From NCBI GenBank assembly GCA_973895155.1, contig OZ316893.1, positions 186,001-250,000 on the forward strand: 64,000 nucleotides of DNA, in the 5' to 3' direction. The position numbers and the translations under genes were made by a program. This stretch comes from Marsupella aquatica (taxonomy: Eukaryota > Plantae > Marchantiophyta). Under the pieces are notes generated by a model, which made no database searches, was not told the DNA's origin, and saw only the letters and a program-made list of their open reading frames with translations. Positions 25,658 through 36,200 of this stretch are shown piece by piece; positions within the stretch are counted from its first letter, which is position 1; each line of letters starts with the position of its first letter.

Positions 25658-27044
25658 TGTCGTATAGTGCTAAGTATCAAAAGTGACTCTCCTCACCTAA
25701 AACCAGGGTTTCGATCCCTTTAAGAACAGATTTCAGAATGAATTGTATAACTTTTATCACTCCGAGTGATTTAGAGTCTTGAGCTCTATGTTGACTTCAC
25801 TTCTCAATAAAAAAATCGAATAAACAAACAACAAAGTAACTGAACTTCTGATTTATGAATTAGAGAAGAAATGAGTAAGGATTTAGAGACTACAAGCTAC
25901 TGCCACTCCTTCAGAAAGGATTTGGGCTCAGTATAGACATGAAATCTATCTCATAATTCATCCATCTCACTCTTCAAAACACAAAGGTTAATGATAATGG
26001 AATTCTCAATCTGATGAAGCAGAAGCTTTCTGATTGCAAATGAATGATATGATTTAAAATGCCGTCAACATGGTTTGACATCAGCGATACGCAATTCAGT
26101 CAAACTCTAAACCATATTCCAGAATCAAAGCAACAGTACTAACTACTCTGAGAATCAGAATTTACTTCTCATTTATCATTAACTATTCTTGAATTGGCTA
26201 GCGAATCCCGACTCTGCAAGCAAGCCTAGCAGTGAATTCAATACGAGTTTCAGAAATCTGCAACTGAATTCAATCACCACAGGAATCTCTTGAATTCAAT
26301 CTTAACTTCAATCAATATAGCTTTACTTCCATACAAAACACTCACAGCATGCCTTGTTACAATGGAAGGAGGAGAAAACTATTCAGAAGACTCAATTCTG
26401 AATACAGTATTAACTCTATTTCTCTCTACTTCAAATGAGCATTCTACTCTGTCTTATAAGTGCTGGAATCCTAAAATGGAGGAGGTAAGAACAGTCGTGC
26501 CTTTCCAAGCTTAAAACTAAACAAGGGAGAAGCACAGCATAAGTACTTCAACAAGGGTGGTAGAATACTACTTTACTAGTAATCTACTTCAAAAACTAAG
26601 TGTTGAGCGGACGCTGCTAGAAGCGTCGGGAGAATCTGGACGCTGCTAGAAGCGTCTTAAGTAAAACCAACGGACGCTGCTCACACTGCTCACAGCGTCA
26701 ATACTAGGGTGGACGCTGCTCACAGCGTCGTGTGTTGAAGCTGACGCTTTCCACAGCGTCGGTCGAAATCCTCATAGAGTCTTGGTGGCGGTCGGGCACT
26801 GCCAAAAGCGTCATGAGGAGGTTGGACGCTTCCGCAGCGTCTTGAGTAAAAGAAACGGGCGCTGGTCACAGCGTCGGGCAAAGTACACTAGGAATCGTCA
26901 GGAAAGCCGGAGATGTCAAATATTTCTATAAGTGTCCAGAACAAGTAAATGTTGGCCGGAAGGTGTCTAAAGTGTAAGTAAATCTTGTGATATGCTAAAA
27001 ATAAACAAGTTTCCAGAAAAAATTGCAGGGACACCCATACCACA
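25658..27044. mobile_element. Solo LTR (1387 bp) with 5-bp TSD CTTCC
   Basis: Begins TGTCGTAT (25658), ends ATACCACA (27044); CTTCC at 25653..25657 and 27045..27049; excision restores the host reading frame. Confidence 0.85.
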
Positions 27045-27239
27045 CTTCCAACTTGCTCTGTGACTCTAATCTCAACAACTGAAGTTGTGTGCTCACATCA
27101 TCTCGTTGTTTAGTGCACCCTGCAAGTTCACTTTCCAATTCTTCCATGCGCATTTGGATATCCTTCAAAGCACATTCAGCACCTAAACATGATTCCATGT
27201 GCACTGCCTGCTCTACAAGCTTTCGTTGAACATCTTCAA

Positions 27240-28560
27240 ACTTGCTTTCTGACGACAATTTCAACAACTCAAGTTCATTGATCGCGGCATCTCGTGCTGC
27301 AACACACCTTTCAAGGTCAGCACTCAATTCTGCCATGCGCGATTGGTCCTCCTTCCAACCTTGTTCAGCAGCTTGGTAATTGTCATTGCGCTTTGTCACT
27401 TGCACAAGCTTTTCTTCAAGGTCTTTCAACCTGCATTGTGACTACAATTTGAACTCTTCAAATTTGCTGGTGACCGCATCTCGTTTTGCAGTGCCCATTT
27501 GAAGTTCAGCACTCAGTTCTGCCATGCGTGATTGGTCCTCCTTCCAACCTTGTTTAGCAGCTTGGTAATTGTCATTGCGCTTTGTCACTTGCACAAGCTT
27601 TTCTTCAAGGTCTTTCAACCTGCATTGTGACTACAATTTGAACTCTTCAAATTCGCTGGTGACCGCATCTCGTTCTGCAGTGCCCATTTGAAGTTCAACA
27701 CTCAGTTCTGCCATGCGTGATTGGTCCTCCTTCCAACCTTGTTCAGCAGCTTGGTATTCGTCATTGCGCTTTGTCACCTGCACAAGCTTTTCTTCAAGGT
27801 CTTTCAACTTGCATTGTGACTGCAATTTGAACTCTTCAAATTTGCTGGCGATAGCATCTCGTCCTACAGTGCCCATTTGAAGTTCAGCACTCAGTTCTGC
27901 CATGCGCGATTGGTCCTCCTTCCAACCTTGTTCAGCAGCTTGGTATTCGTCATTGCGCATTGTCACCTGCATAAGCTTTTCTTCAAGGTCTTTCAACCTG
28001 GACTGTGACTGCAATTTGAACTCTTCAAATTTGCTAGTGACCGCATCTCGTTTTGCAGTGCCCATTTGAAGTTCAACACTCAGTTCTGCCATGCGCGATT
28101 GGTCCTCCTTCCAACCTTGTTCAGCAGCTTGGTATTCGTCATTGCGCTTTGTCACCTGCACAAGCTTTTCTTCAAGGTCTTTCAACCTGCATTGTGACTG
28201 CAATTTGAACTCTTCAAATTTGTTGGTGATCTCATCTCGTCTTGTAGTGCCCATTTGAAGTTCAACACTCAATTCTGCCATGCGTGATTGGTCCTCCTTC
28301 CAACCTTGTTCAGCAGCTTGGTATTCGTCATTGCGCATTGTCACCTGCACAAGCTTTTCTTCAAGGTCTTCTAACCTGCATTGTGACTGCAATTTGAACA
28401 CCTCAAATTCTCTGTTGACCGCATCTCGTCCTGCATTGCACATTTCTTGTTCAACACTCAAATTTGCCATGCACGATTGGTTCTCATTCCAACCTTCTCC
28501 AGCATCTTGGTATTCGTCATTCCGCGTTGTCTGTGCCGTCAACTCCCCTTCAAGGTCATC
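27240..28560 (-). repeat. 189-bp coding tandem repeat (63 aa = 9 heptads), about 7 units
   Basis: GTCTTTCAACCTGCATTGTGACT-type motif recurs at 27421, 27610, 27799, 27988, 28177 and 28366; unit 'QSQCRLKDLEEKLVQVTKRNDEYQAAEQGWKEDQSRMAELSVELQMGTAKRDAVTSKFEEFKL'. Confidence 0.95.
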
Positions 28561-30200
28561 AATCCTGCCTTCTAACTTTGATTCCGATGACTGAAGTTTA
28601 CATTTAATAGGTTGAGGTTGGGTTTCCCTTCTTGTAGTACCCTCGTTGCCAACATTTGGCCCGGATATAAGGCTTTCCCATGAAAATCCCCAATGTAGCA
28701 GCAACTGTGTAATAGCAGTCCCACAATAAGCGGGGAATGCCTTTGACTCACGAACATTCCTCATACCCTGAAGGTGTTTCTTGAATTTATTTATTTCCAA
28801 AGCCAATTCATCATAAACTAAGTCACTCCAATCTGGTAGCAATTTTGGCATAGGGCCTGCTAGTCTTTTTCCCTTCGGCAAAGTACCACACAAATACCAG
28901 TAAAAGTAACTCAATTGTTTTGCTGATAACTGTGAAGGCTTCTCCTTACCTAGCAGAATTTCCTGCACCACTCTAATTGCCCCAGACCATCTATCATACG
29001 GAGCTCTCAAAAGCTTTAAGCTATAGGGATTCCCTCTTATTCGTGGACGAACAAACAATTCATTGAATTCAGGACAGTGCATTCTCTGCCTGTACTTGGC
29101 GAATGTACCATACGGCAGCTTGAATGCCGCACGTAACACATTTTGTGTGATTTTCAATGAACGCCCTCAAAATTCACTGGATTTTGATGCATAATCAAAT
29201 CCCAACACAAACTCCTTCACCCCACATACGGCTGTTATGTTGTAATCAATCCCAAAAGTTTGTTGCAGACCAAGGTTGCAAATCATTGATGATCGAGTTT
29301 GTCACGTCGTAGGCTTCGGTTTTAACTCAGACTTCAGCTTAGACGGGCACATCCCTCGTAAATCTGAGGGTTCGGGCAGGAAGGGAAGCACGTAATGCAC
29401 CTTATTCTCGTAAACTAGCGCTAAGTGCGCATACTGCTAAATACAGACACCTCCTAGGTATGGTTTGTGTTCCGCCGCCGGAACGTACCTTAGTCGATAG
29501 CAGGATCGACCCCGGCTTAAGGGCTTCTAAGCCTTCGTGCTGTCTGCCTTCGATCCGGATTCGATGATACAGGTCCTCAACCCGTGCTCGCAACCACTTA
29601 CCCGCAGGCTGCACCCTGTGCACGTCTCGGGTAGTGCGTTCGGCCCGGCGCTGCCACCCATATACGAGAAACCCACACACATATGCGCACACATGCATAC
29701 AATCTCGATTTACACGAAGGAAAAATGATGGGAAAGGATTTTTACTACAAAGGGAACATATGCGTACACTTAGTTGACACGACAGCCCTGGAATGCACAG
29801 GTTCAAGGCCAAGGGTGCACACTACAACGGAGCCCGGCTCCGCACTCGCTCGGCAAGCTTAGTCCTACCCCCTCCCCTTGGTACTCTGTCATTCCCAGAG
29901 GTCGGGACTCCCCGCATGTCCCGCGGATGTCCGACTCTGAAACTAAAAACCCCCCCCCCGCCTCTACCGAGGGGTGCACTAAATACTAAGAGCCGAGGAA
30001 CGGGGTGTCCTCCCGCCGAAGATTCGCTGACCAAGGTCCTAACTAAGCTGACAGTCAGGCCGGAAAACGGCTGTGTCTTATTAGAAGATCCTAATCTACG
30101 CAGGCTGGACAGCAGGGCAGCGCTGCCGTACCTAAGGCAGGTGCCTGTCCCAAGAGCCTGACCAAGCCAATCCTAATCCTAATCTATTCCTACTCCGCCG

Positions 30201-32849
30201 CTAATGCCTGGCACGCTTGCCAGAGCCGCCCGAATGGGAACGGCCATCCTGCTGTCTTCGAAGCCTGTCATTGTCCGCTTTGAGGAGCTGGACCTGGTCC
30301 AACAGAGATTCGTTCTCTCGCCTCGCCGCGTCCGTCTCCTCTGCTGCCTCCTGACATGCCTCCTCCAGCTGCTGGGCGTCGCTCGCCAGTTTACTCGCCA
30401 GCTGGTCCTGCTTCTCGGCCTCGATTTGGAGCCGCGCCATCTCGGCCTGCAGTGTGGCTATCTCTGTCGCGTCCCGCTGGGCTCGCTCCTCGGCCTCCTC
30501 CAGGTCTTTCTGCCAGGTGACAGCTTGTTTCTTCAAACTGTCAATCTGGTTCCGGAGTCGTGTAATCTCGGCCTCGTTCCCAGCTTTGGCCTGTTCGGCT
30601 AGGGCGGTAAGAGCGTACGCCTTTGCTAACAACTCATCGGCGGCTGCAACCTTGGGTCGTAGTTGCAGAAGCTCAGCCTCTTGAGCCGCCACTTCGTTCT
30701 TTAGGTACACGGACTCCACCCGGTACCGCTCTATCCTCTGAAGGGCCTCCGACTGGGCCCGCCCTGCCTTTACGGCGGCAACCAACTCCTGATTGAAGAA
30801 ACAGGCTACCTTCCGAGCCATGAACTCCCCGGTATCCCGGGCAATTTGATGAGAGAAATCTCCCAGAAGCGCGTTCAGAAACGTACCCTGTACGAAGAGT
30901 TCCGGGTGGTCCAAGTTATGCCTGTCCGGATTTGGGCACGGGCAGACATCAACACGCGCAGGGGCCGGGGCAGTGACGTCCAGCCCTGGGGACATAACGT
31001 TGGAAGGGGCCGGAGTATCCTCCTGCAGTGATGTCCGGTTCTCCGGAATTGCCACCGGCGGGTCCTTGGGAGACCCGGGTTCGGGTAAGACCTCTGCCGT
31101 ACCAACTTCTGTACTTAGCCCGGCTAGTTGGGTCGCATCAACGGTTGCGACGACCGACCCCTCCGGCGCCTCCTCGGTTACGATTACAGCTATTTGTGGA
31201 GGTGGGGTGGGTGAAGCTGGCGTGTCCACTGGACTTCGGGCCTCGGGTTGGGGTCGTCTCTCCAATGCCGGAAAAACCCACCTAGCTGGGACCAGCTTTG
31301 TAACGTTGATGCGGGGAAGGGTTTGTCGATCAAACCGGGCATACCACTCAAGAATGATTTCGATGTGGCTAGCGAAATACGCCTTCCCGCCAATGTACAA
31401 CGTCTTCCTTCGCCGCTCCATCTCTTCATGGAATTTCTTAGCGAAGTACGACGCCCACTTCCTAGGTCGATAGTTCTCGACCTGGATGACCTGGGCGGCG
31501 GAGATCTCCCCCCGGGGTTCCATCAAGTGGAGAGCGTACCTCTGGAACTCCAGCCGCTCAGCTATCTTGGGCATGAGGCAGGTCCTCATCACGAACCCGT
31601 TGTCTACTGATCCCTCTGAGGGAAAACTTGAAGATTGGTACTTGGCCCCCTTGCCCCCGGGAGCCCGTGATTCGACTCGATGGTCACCTTCGGGTAACCC
31701 GAAGATCATCTTGAGCCGTTCTTCTGTGAGGGACATATTCCTTCCCCGCAGCCGAGTCTGTTGACGTACGTCGTCATAATTCTTGACGAATTCTGTCATG
31801 TCCTCCCCGTAGTACCTGCAATTATTCCAGGGGAGAGAGGCGAGGTGCTCAAATCCCTGAGTCTTCAGGTACACCGCATGCTTGGGATGGAGGATGTTGC
31901 TGTGAACGTTTTCCCCCATGCAATGCATCGTTACCTTGGCTACGGCTACCGTGGCCAACGGTAACCCGGATGCACTGGCGGATTCCTTTCTCTTCTTTCC
32001 CCGTGACTGACTCGGGGAAGGTGATACTTCCCCATCCTCCCGATCGGGCCTGGGGAGTGCCACTGCGGTTGGTAACGGGCCCGGGGCGGCCACGGTCACC
32101 ATGTTGTCTGCTGGGGCCGCTCCTGGGGTCAGAGCAGGGGTTGGGGACGGTATAGTGTCGGCCCCCCGAGCGCTTGTGCCTCTGGGCCGCCTGGTCAAGG
32201 GTGGGGTAGCCTCGTCGTCATCGCTAAGATCTACAGCGTTGATGACGGAGCGTACCTGTGCTGGCTGGGTGATAGGTGGTGGGGTTTGGCTAGGCTGCGG
32301 CTGAGGCTGAAGCTGAAGCTGAGGTTGCATGGGCACGGGTACGGGTACGGGTACGGGTACGGGTCCGGCTGAGTTGGTCATGTTGGTTGATGGCCGAGTT
32401 CCCATGAAGCTCCGTAGGTGCTGGTAGAAGTTCTCCGAAGCGAGTGCGGACGCCCTTGTCGAACGGTTGGTACTGGACTCGCCATTAATGACTGCCCAAA
32501 CCTGGGCAGGGATGTGGTCGAAGTGATGTCGCTGCAGGTCGATTGTACCCGGGATATTGAAGACCTCGTCCGGAAGCCGAAGCAATGCTTCCCAGAACCC
32601 GATATATTTGTCTCCATCAAAGAAGTACCCAGATACCTCAGCTGGTCGGTAAAGCTCGCTCTGAGACGGGTAGTCAAAGTTAAGGACGTAGTGGTGTCGT
32701 CCTGCTAGGCAGATGGCTCTCTCGTATTCGCGTTCGATCTCGTATCGGCGCGGGTTGGCGTGTTTCAATGAATCGGCCAAGTGCCTTCCGGTAGATAGGA
32801 ACTGCGTCCAGAATCGAATGGCCGAGCTGGAGAGGATCGTGTGCGACAT
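30201..32849 (-). CDS. LTR-encoded 882-aa protein: N-terminal globular module, Pro/Gln-rich linker with NLS-like RGKKRK, PMD/Transposase_32-like domain, C-terminal coiled coil
   Basis: Uninterrupted ATG-to-stop ORF wholly inside the LTR; 'GFEHLASLPW...MTEFVKNYD...LRGRNMSLTEERLKMIFGLPEG...KWASYFAKKFHEEM...AYFASHIEIIL'; heptads over the last ~180 aa; ends GKRARH. Confidence 0.85.
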   Translation of the reverse strand: MSHTILSSSAIRFWTQFLSTGRHLADSLKHANPRRYEIEREYERAICLAGRHHYVLNFDYPSQSELYRPAEVSGYFFDGDKYIGFWEALLRLPDEVFNIPGTIDLQRHHFDHIPAQVWAVINGESSTNRSTRASALASENFYQHLRSFMGTRPSTNMTNSAGPVPVPVPVPVPMQPQLQLQPQPQPSQTPPPITQPAQVRSVINAVDLSDDDEATPPLTRRPRGTSARGADTIPSPTPALTPGAAPADNMVTVAAPGPLPTAVALPRPDREDGEVSPSPSQSRGKKRKESASASGLPLATVAVAKVTMHCMGENVHSNILHPKHAVYLKTQGFEHLASLPWNNCRYYGEDMTEFVKNYDDVRQQTRLRGRNMSLTEERLKMIFGLPEGDHRVESRAPGGKGAKYQSSSFPSEGSVDNGFVMRTCLMPKIAERLEFQRYALHLMEPRGEISAAQVIQVENYRPRKWASYFAKKFHEEMERRRKTLYIGGKAYFASHIEIILEWYARFDRQTLPRINVTKLVPARWVFPALERRPQPEARSPVDTPASPTPPPQIAVIVTEEAPEGSVVATVDATQLAGLSTEVGTAEVLPEPGSPKDPPVAIPENRTSLQEDTPAPSNVMSPGLDVTAPAPARVDVCPCPNPDRHNLDHPELFVQGTFLNALLGDFSHQIARDTGEFMARKVACFFNQELVAAVKAGRAQSEALQRIERYRVESVYLKNEVAAQEAELLQLRPKVAAADELLAKAYALTALAEQAKAGNEAEITRLRNQIDSLKKQAVTWQKDLEEAEERAQRDATEIATLQAEMARLQIEAEKQDQLASKLASDAQQLEEACQEAAEETDAARRENESLLDQVQLLKADNDRLRRQQDGRSHSGGSGKRARH

Positions 32850-32950
32850 TCAGAGGAGATAGTAGTGGCGATCTAAAGAGAACGAGAGAGCTGGGGTCGA
32901 AGCTGGCGCGCGGACTGATGGACTGGTGCACTACAAAGGGTTGGCTCCCC

Positions 32951-32957
32951 TTTTATA
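32951..32957 (-). promoter_or_regulatory. TATA box of the LTR promoter (TATAAAA)
   Basis: Minus-strand GTATAAAAGGGG ~100 nt upstream of the LTR-ORF ATG; conserved in the 5' LTR (~43107..43113) and in the related fragment (~51022..51028). Confidence 0.65.
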
Positions 32958-33282
32958 CTTTGAGGGCTTGTCGATCCCCGACGTCTCCTCGACGCCCATA
33001 GGTTGAACCGCTCACGCTTGTGGTGTACCGGCCACTCCGCCGGTCTGAGTCAGCGTGCGTCAGTGGCCGCTTCCTTAAGTTCGTTATACGGACCCGAGGG
33101 AGGGGCCCCTCCATGCTCATAACCCGGGTGTGCGAATAGCGACCCGCCGCCAGCCCGAACCTGAAGTCCCCCTTATTGCCTAATGATGTCCTACCCCTAA
33201 TGATTACCTAAATACTGTCGTTATGCTAATAATAGCGGCCTAAGACCCACCTAACGCGCGTGCCGAGCGCAGTTAGACTGAA

Positions 33283-36200
33283 TCACTCATTAACCGCCGT
33301 ACCGGCGGCGTCACATAGCTCCCTGCTTAATTGTGAAGCGTCCTCGCGAACATCGCTATCGGCGTCGTCATCTTGAGGGTGGTACTTTTTTACACGATCG
33401 TAGCTGATTCGCGTGGGGAGTAAATCGCCGGCATACGTCGCAAGCTCCAAAGATCCGTTTCGGTAGATCTGATTGACAAGGAAGGGCCCCAACCACCGGG
33501 TATGCAGCTTCCCTGGAAACTGCATGTACCTACTATCGTACAGAAGGACTAGATCGCCTGCCACGACGTCGACCCTCCGTAGTCCTTTGTCGTGCTGCTT
33601 CTTTGAAGTTGCCTGTTTCTTCACGGTGTGTCGAGCTGCCAGTAGCCGTGCTTCTTCCAAGGCTTCAATCTGATAAGCTCGGTCTGACAGACTTTCAGAT
33701 TCAGGTAAGCGATCCCGAATGCTGACCCGTGGAGTGTGCACTTCAAATTCGACGGGCACCAACGAATGTTGGCCGAACACCAGAAAGTACGGGCTATGAC
33801 TCGTAGTAGTTTTGTAAGCTAGATTATACGAGTACACCGCCGCGTACAACTTATCATCCCAATCCGTTTTGTGCGCAGCTACAGTTTTGTTGAGGATCTT
33901 CCCAATGATACCATTTGCTCTCTCCGCCATCCCGTTGGCTTTAGGATGATATGGGGTAGTCTTGCGGTGCTTGACTAGGTAACGCTCCGTAAGCTGGGCT
34001 ACGGTGTCATTGAGGAAGTGGGTTCCACGGTCGCTTACCAATTCTAAGGGCGGTCCGAATCGGGTGAAAATCTGTTCGTATAAGAATCTGGCACTGGTTG
34101 CGGCGTCGTCCTTTACCGTAGCCCGCGCTTCGACCCATTTGGTGGAGTAATCAATAGCTAATAGGATGTATCTGCACCTTCGCCTTCGGGTAACGGGAGT
34201 GAACGGTCCGATATAATCAATTCCCCATTTTTCGAATGGTGCCAATGGAAGCACAGATGTGAGCGGGTGATGATGAGCCCGCCTCGGGGCCCCCGCTCGC
34301 TGACACAAGTCACAGCCCTTAATGAAGCGCTGTACATCCCGATGCAACGTAGGCCACCAATACCCCGAGTCCAAAATCTTTCGGGCTGTCGTAACTGCCG
34401 CGAAATGGCCTCCAGCTTCTTCTTCATGCAGGGCCCGTATCACGATAAGTGTCTCCTTATACTCTAAGCAGCGTCGTAACTTTCCGTTAATACCTTCCTT
34501 ATGTAGGTGACCCTGTATCATGACGTAAGGCCCGGCTTTCCGTAAAAACACAGCGGCGGCCTCCTGATTGATGCCGTCAGGGATGCGGCCCGTTAAAAGG
34601 AAGGTGATTATTGAGCCGTACCACGTTGGTGTCCCTTCCCCTACGTGGAACAACTCCTCATCCGGAAAAATATCATCAATTGGCTGATCGACTGGTACGC
34701 CGTCCAGTCGTGAAAAGAAATCGGCATTGAGGTGTACCCTTCCTGGCCGAACCCGAACTTCGTAATTAAATTCCTGGAGAAGTAGCACCCACCGGGCTAT
34801 CCGTCCTGTCACATCCGCTTTGTTGACCATGTACTTCAGGCTATCATGATCCGTGTGGAAAATGACCTTGTAGCCTAGCAGATAGTGTCGGAACTTTTTA
34901 CACGAGTAGATTATTCCCAAAGCTTCTCGATCAGTGGGGGAATAATTCTTTTCGGCTGCAAATAGTTGACGGCTAGCGAAATAGATGGGGTGATCACGTC
35001 CATCCTCATCTAGCTGACTAAGTACGGATCCGATACAGAACCCTGACACATCGACATACACGTGGAACTCCTTATTCCAGTCTGGGGTGACCATGATAGG
35101 CGCGGTGGTGAGTCGTTTACGGAGTTCCTCAAAAGCAATCCGTCTCCGGGGTGTTTCCTCGACCGCTGCGTCCTTCTTCATCATCTCAGTTAAGGGCAAC
35201 GCAATTTTAGCAAAGTCTTTAATGAACCGGCGGTAATACCCTACGCAGCCCAAGAAGGATCGTACTGCTTTTTGATCCAAGGGGAACACCACCGCCATCC
35301 AGGCCGCAACTTTCTCTTAGTCCACCTCAATGCCCCGTTTGGACACACGATGCCCGAGTAACACCCCCTCCTCTACCCCGAAGAAGCATTTGGCGGGATG
35401 TAGTTTGAGGTTAACATCTCGGCATCGTTGCAACGTTCGTCGTAGGTGTTCGGGGTGCATGGCAACGGTTCCGAAGATGGCAAAGTCATCGATAAATATC
35501 TCCAAAAATTCCCGTAGGAAATCGTGGAAGATATTCATCATAAGGCGCTGAAACATAGCCGGGGCGTTACATAGACCAAAAGGCATCCTCCGAAATGCGA
35601 ACGTTCCCCACTCCGTAGTGAACGTTGTTTTGAGTTGATCCGCGAGACGAATCCAGATTTGGTTATACCCTGAATACCCGTCAAGAAATGTATAGATTTC
35701 ATTTCGGGCCACCATATCTAGAACCATATCCGTGAATGGTAATGGGTAATGGTCTTTTCAGGTTGCGTCATTCAGCTTACGGTAGTCCTGACAGATACGA
35801 ATCTTAGGTTTTCCCTCCGTACCTCCCTTCTTCGGTACAATGACAATGGGAGAGACCCAGTCGCTGGCCATTACCGGGTAAATGATATCGGCGGCGAGGA
35901 GACGATCAATTTCCTCCTTCACTAAGATGGAGTACCTCGGATTCATGCGACGTTGTCGCTGTCGTACCGCATGGGCTCCTAGGTTCAGATCGATTGTGTG
36001 TTCTCCCAACTCGGGGGAGACGCCTGTTAAATCATGATGACTCCATGCAAACACATCTTCATATTCCTTGAGCAAATCTTGGATGGCTTTTTCAGCCTTC
36101 CCCGTCAAAGCGTGGCCCAGGTTAAAAGATTTGTCCATCCCAATAGTGTACTTCCGGTAGTGCTCCTTCCTGATGACTTCAACCTGGTTTCGCAGACTCG

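Larger units (their letters stand above)
29300..33315 (-). repeat. 3' LTR (4016 bp)
   Basis: TGTCACGTCG...GGCGTCACA; collinear with 39462..43471, which is 6 bp shorter in the GGGTAC (PV) microsatellite. Confidence 0.97.

Noticed and set aside
26605-26880. CRISPR-like palindromic repeat/spacer pattern
   Set aside because: Repeats are short, degenerate and irregularly spaced, inside a eukaryotic solo LTR, with no cas genes.
30201-32849. LTR ORF as an envelope glycoprotein
   Set aside because: No evident signal peptide or transmembrane helix; NLS-like motifs and a coiled coil instead.
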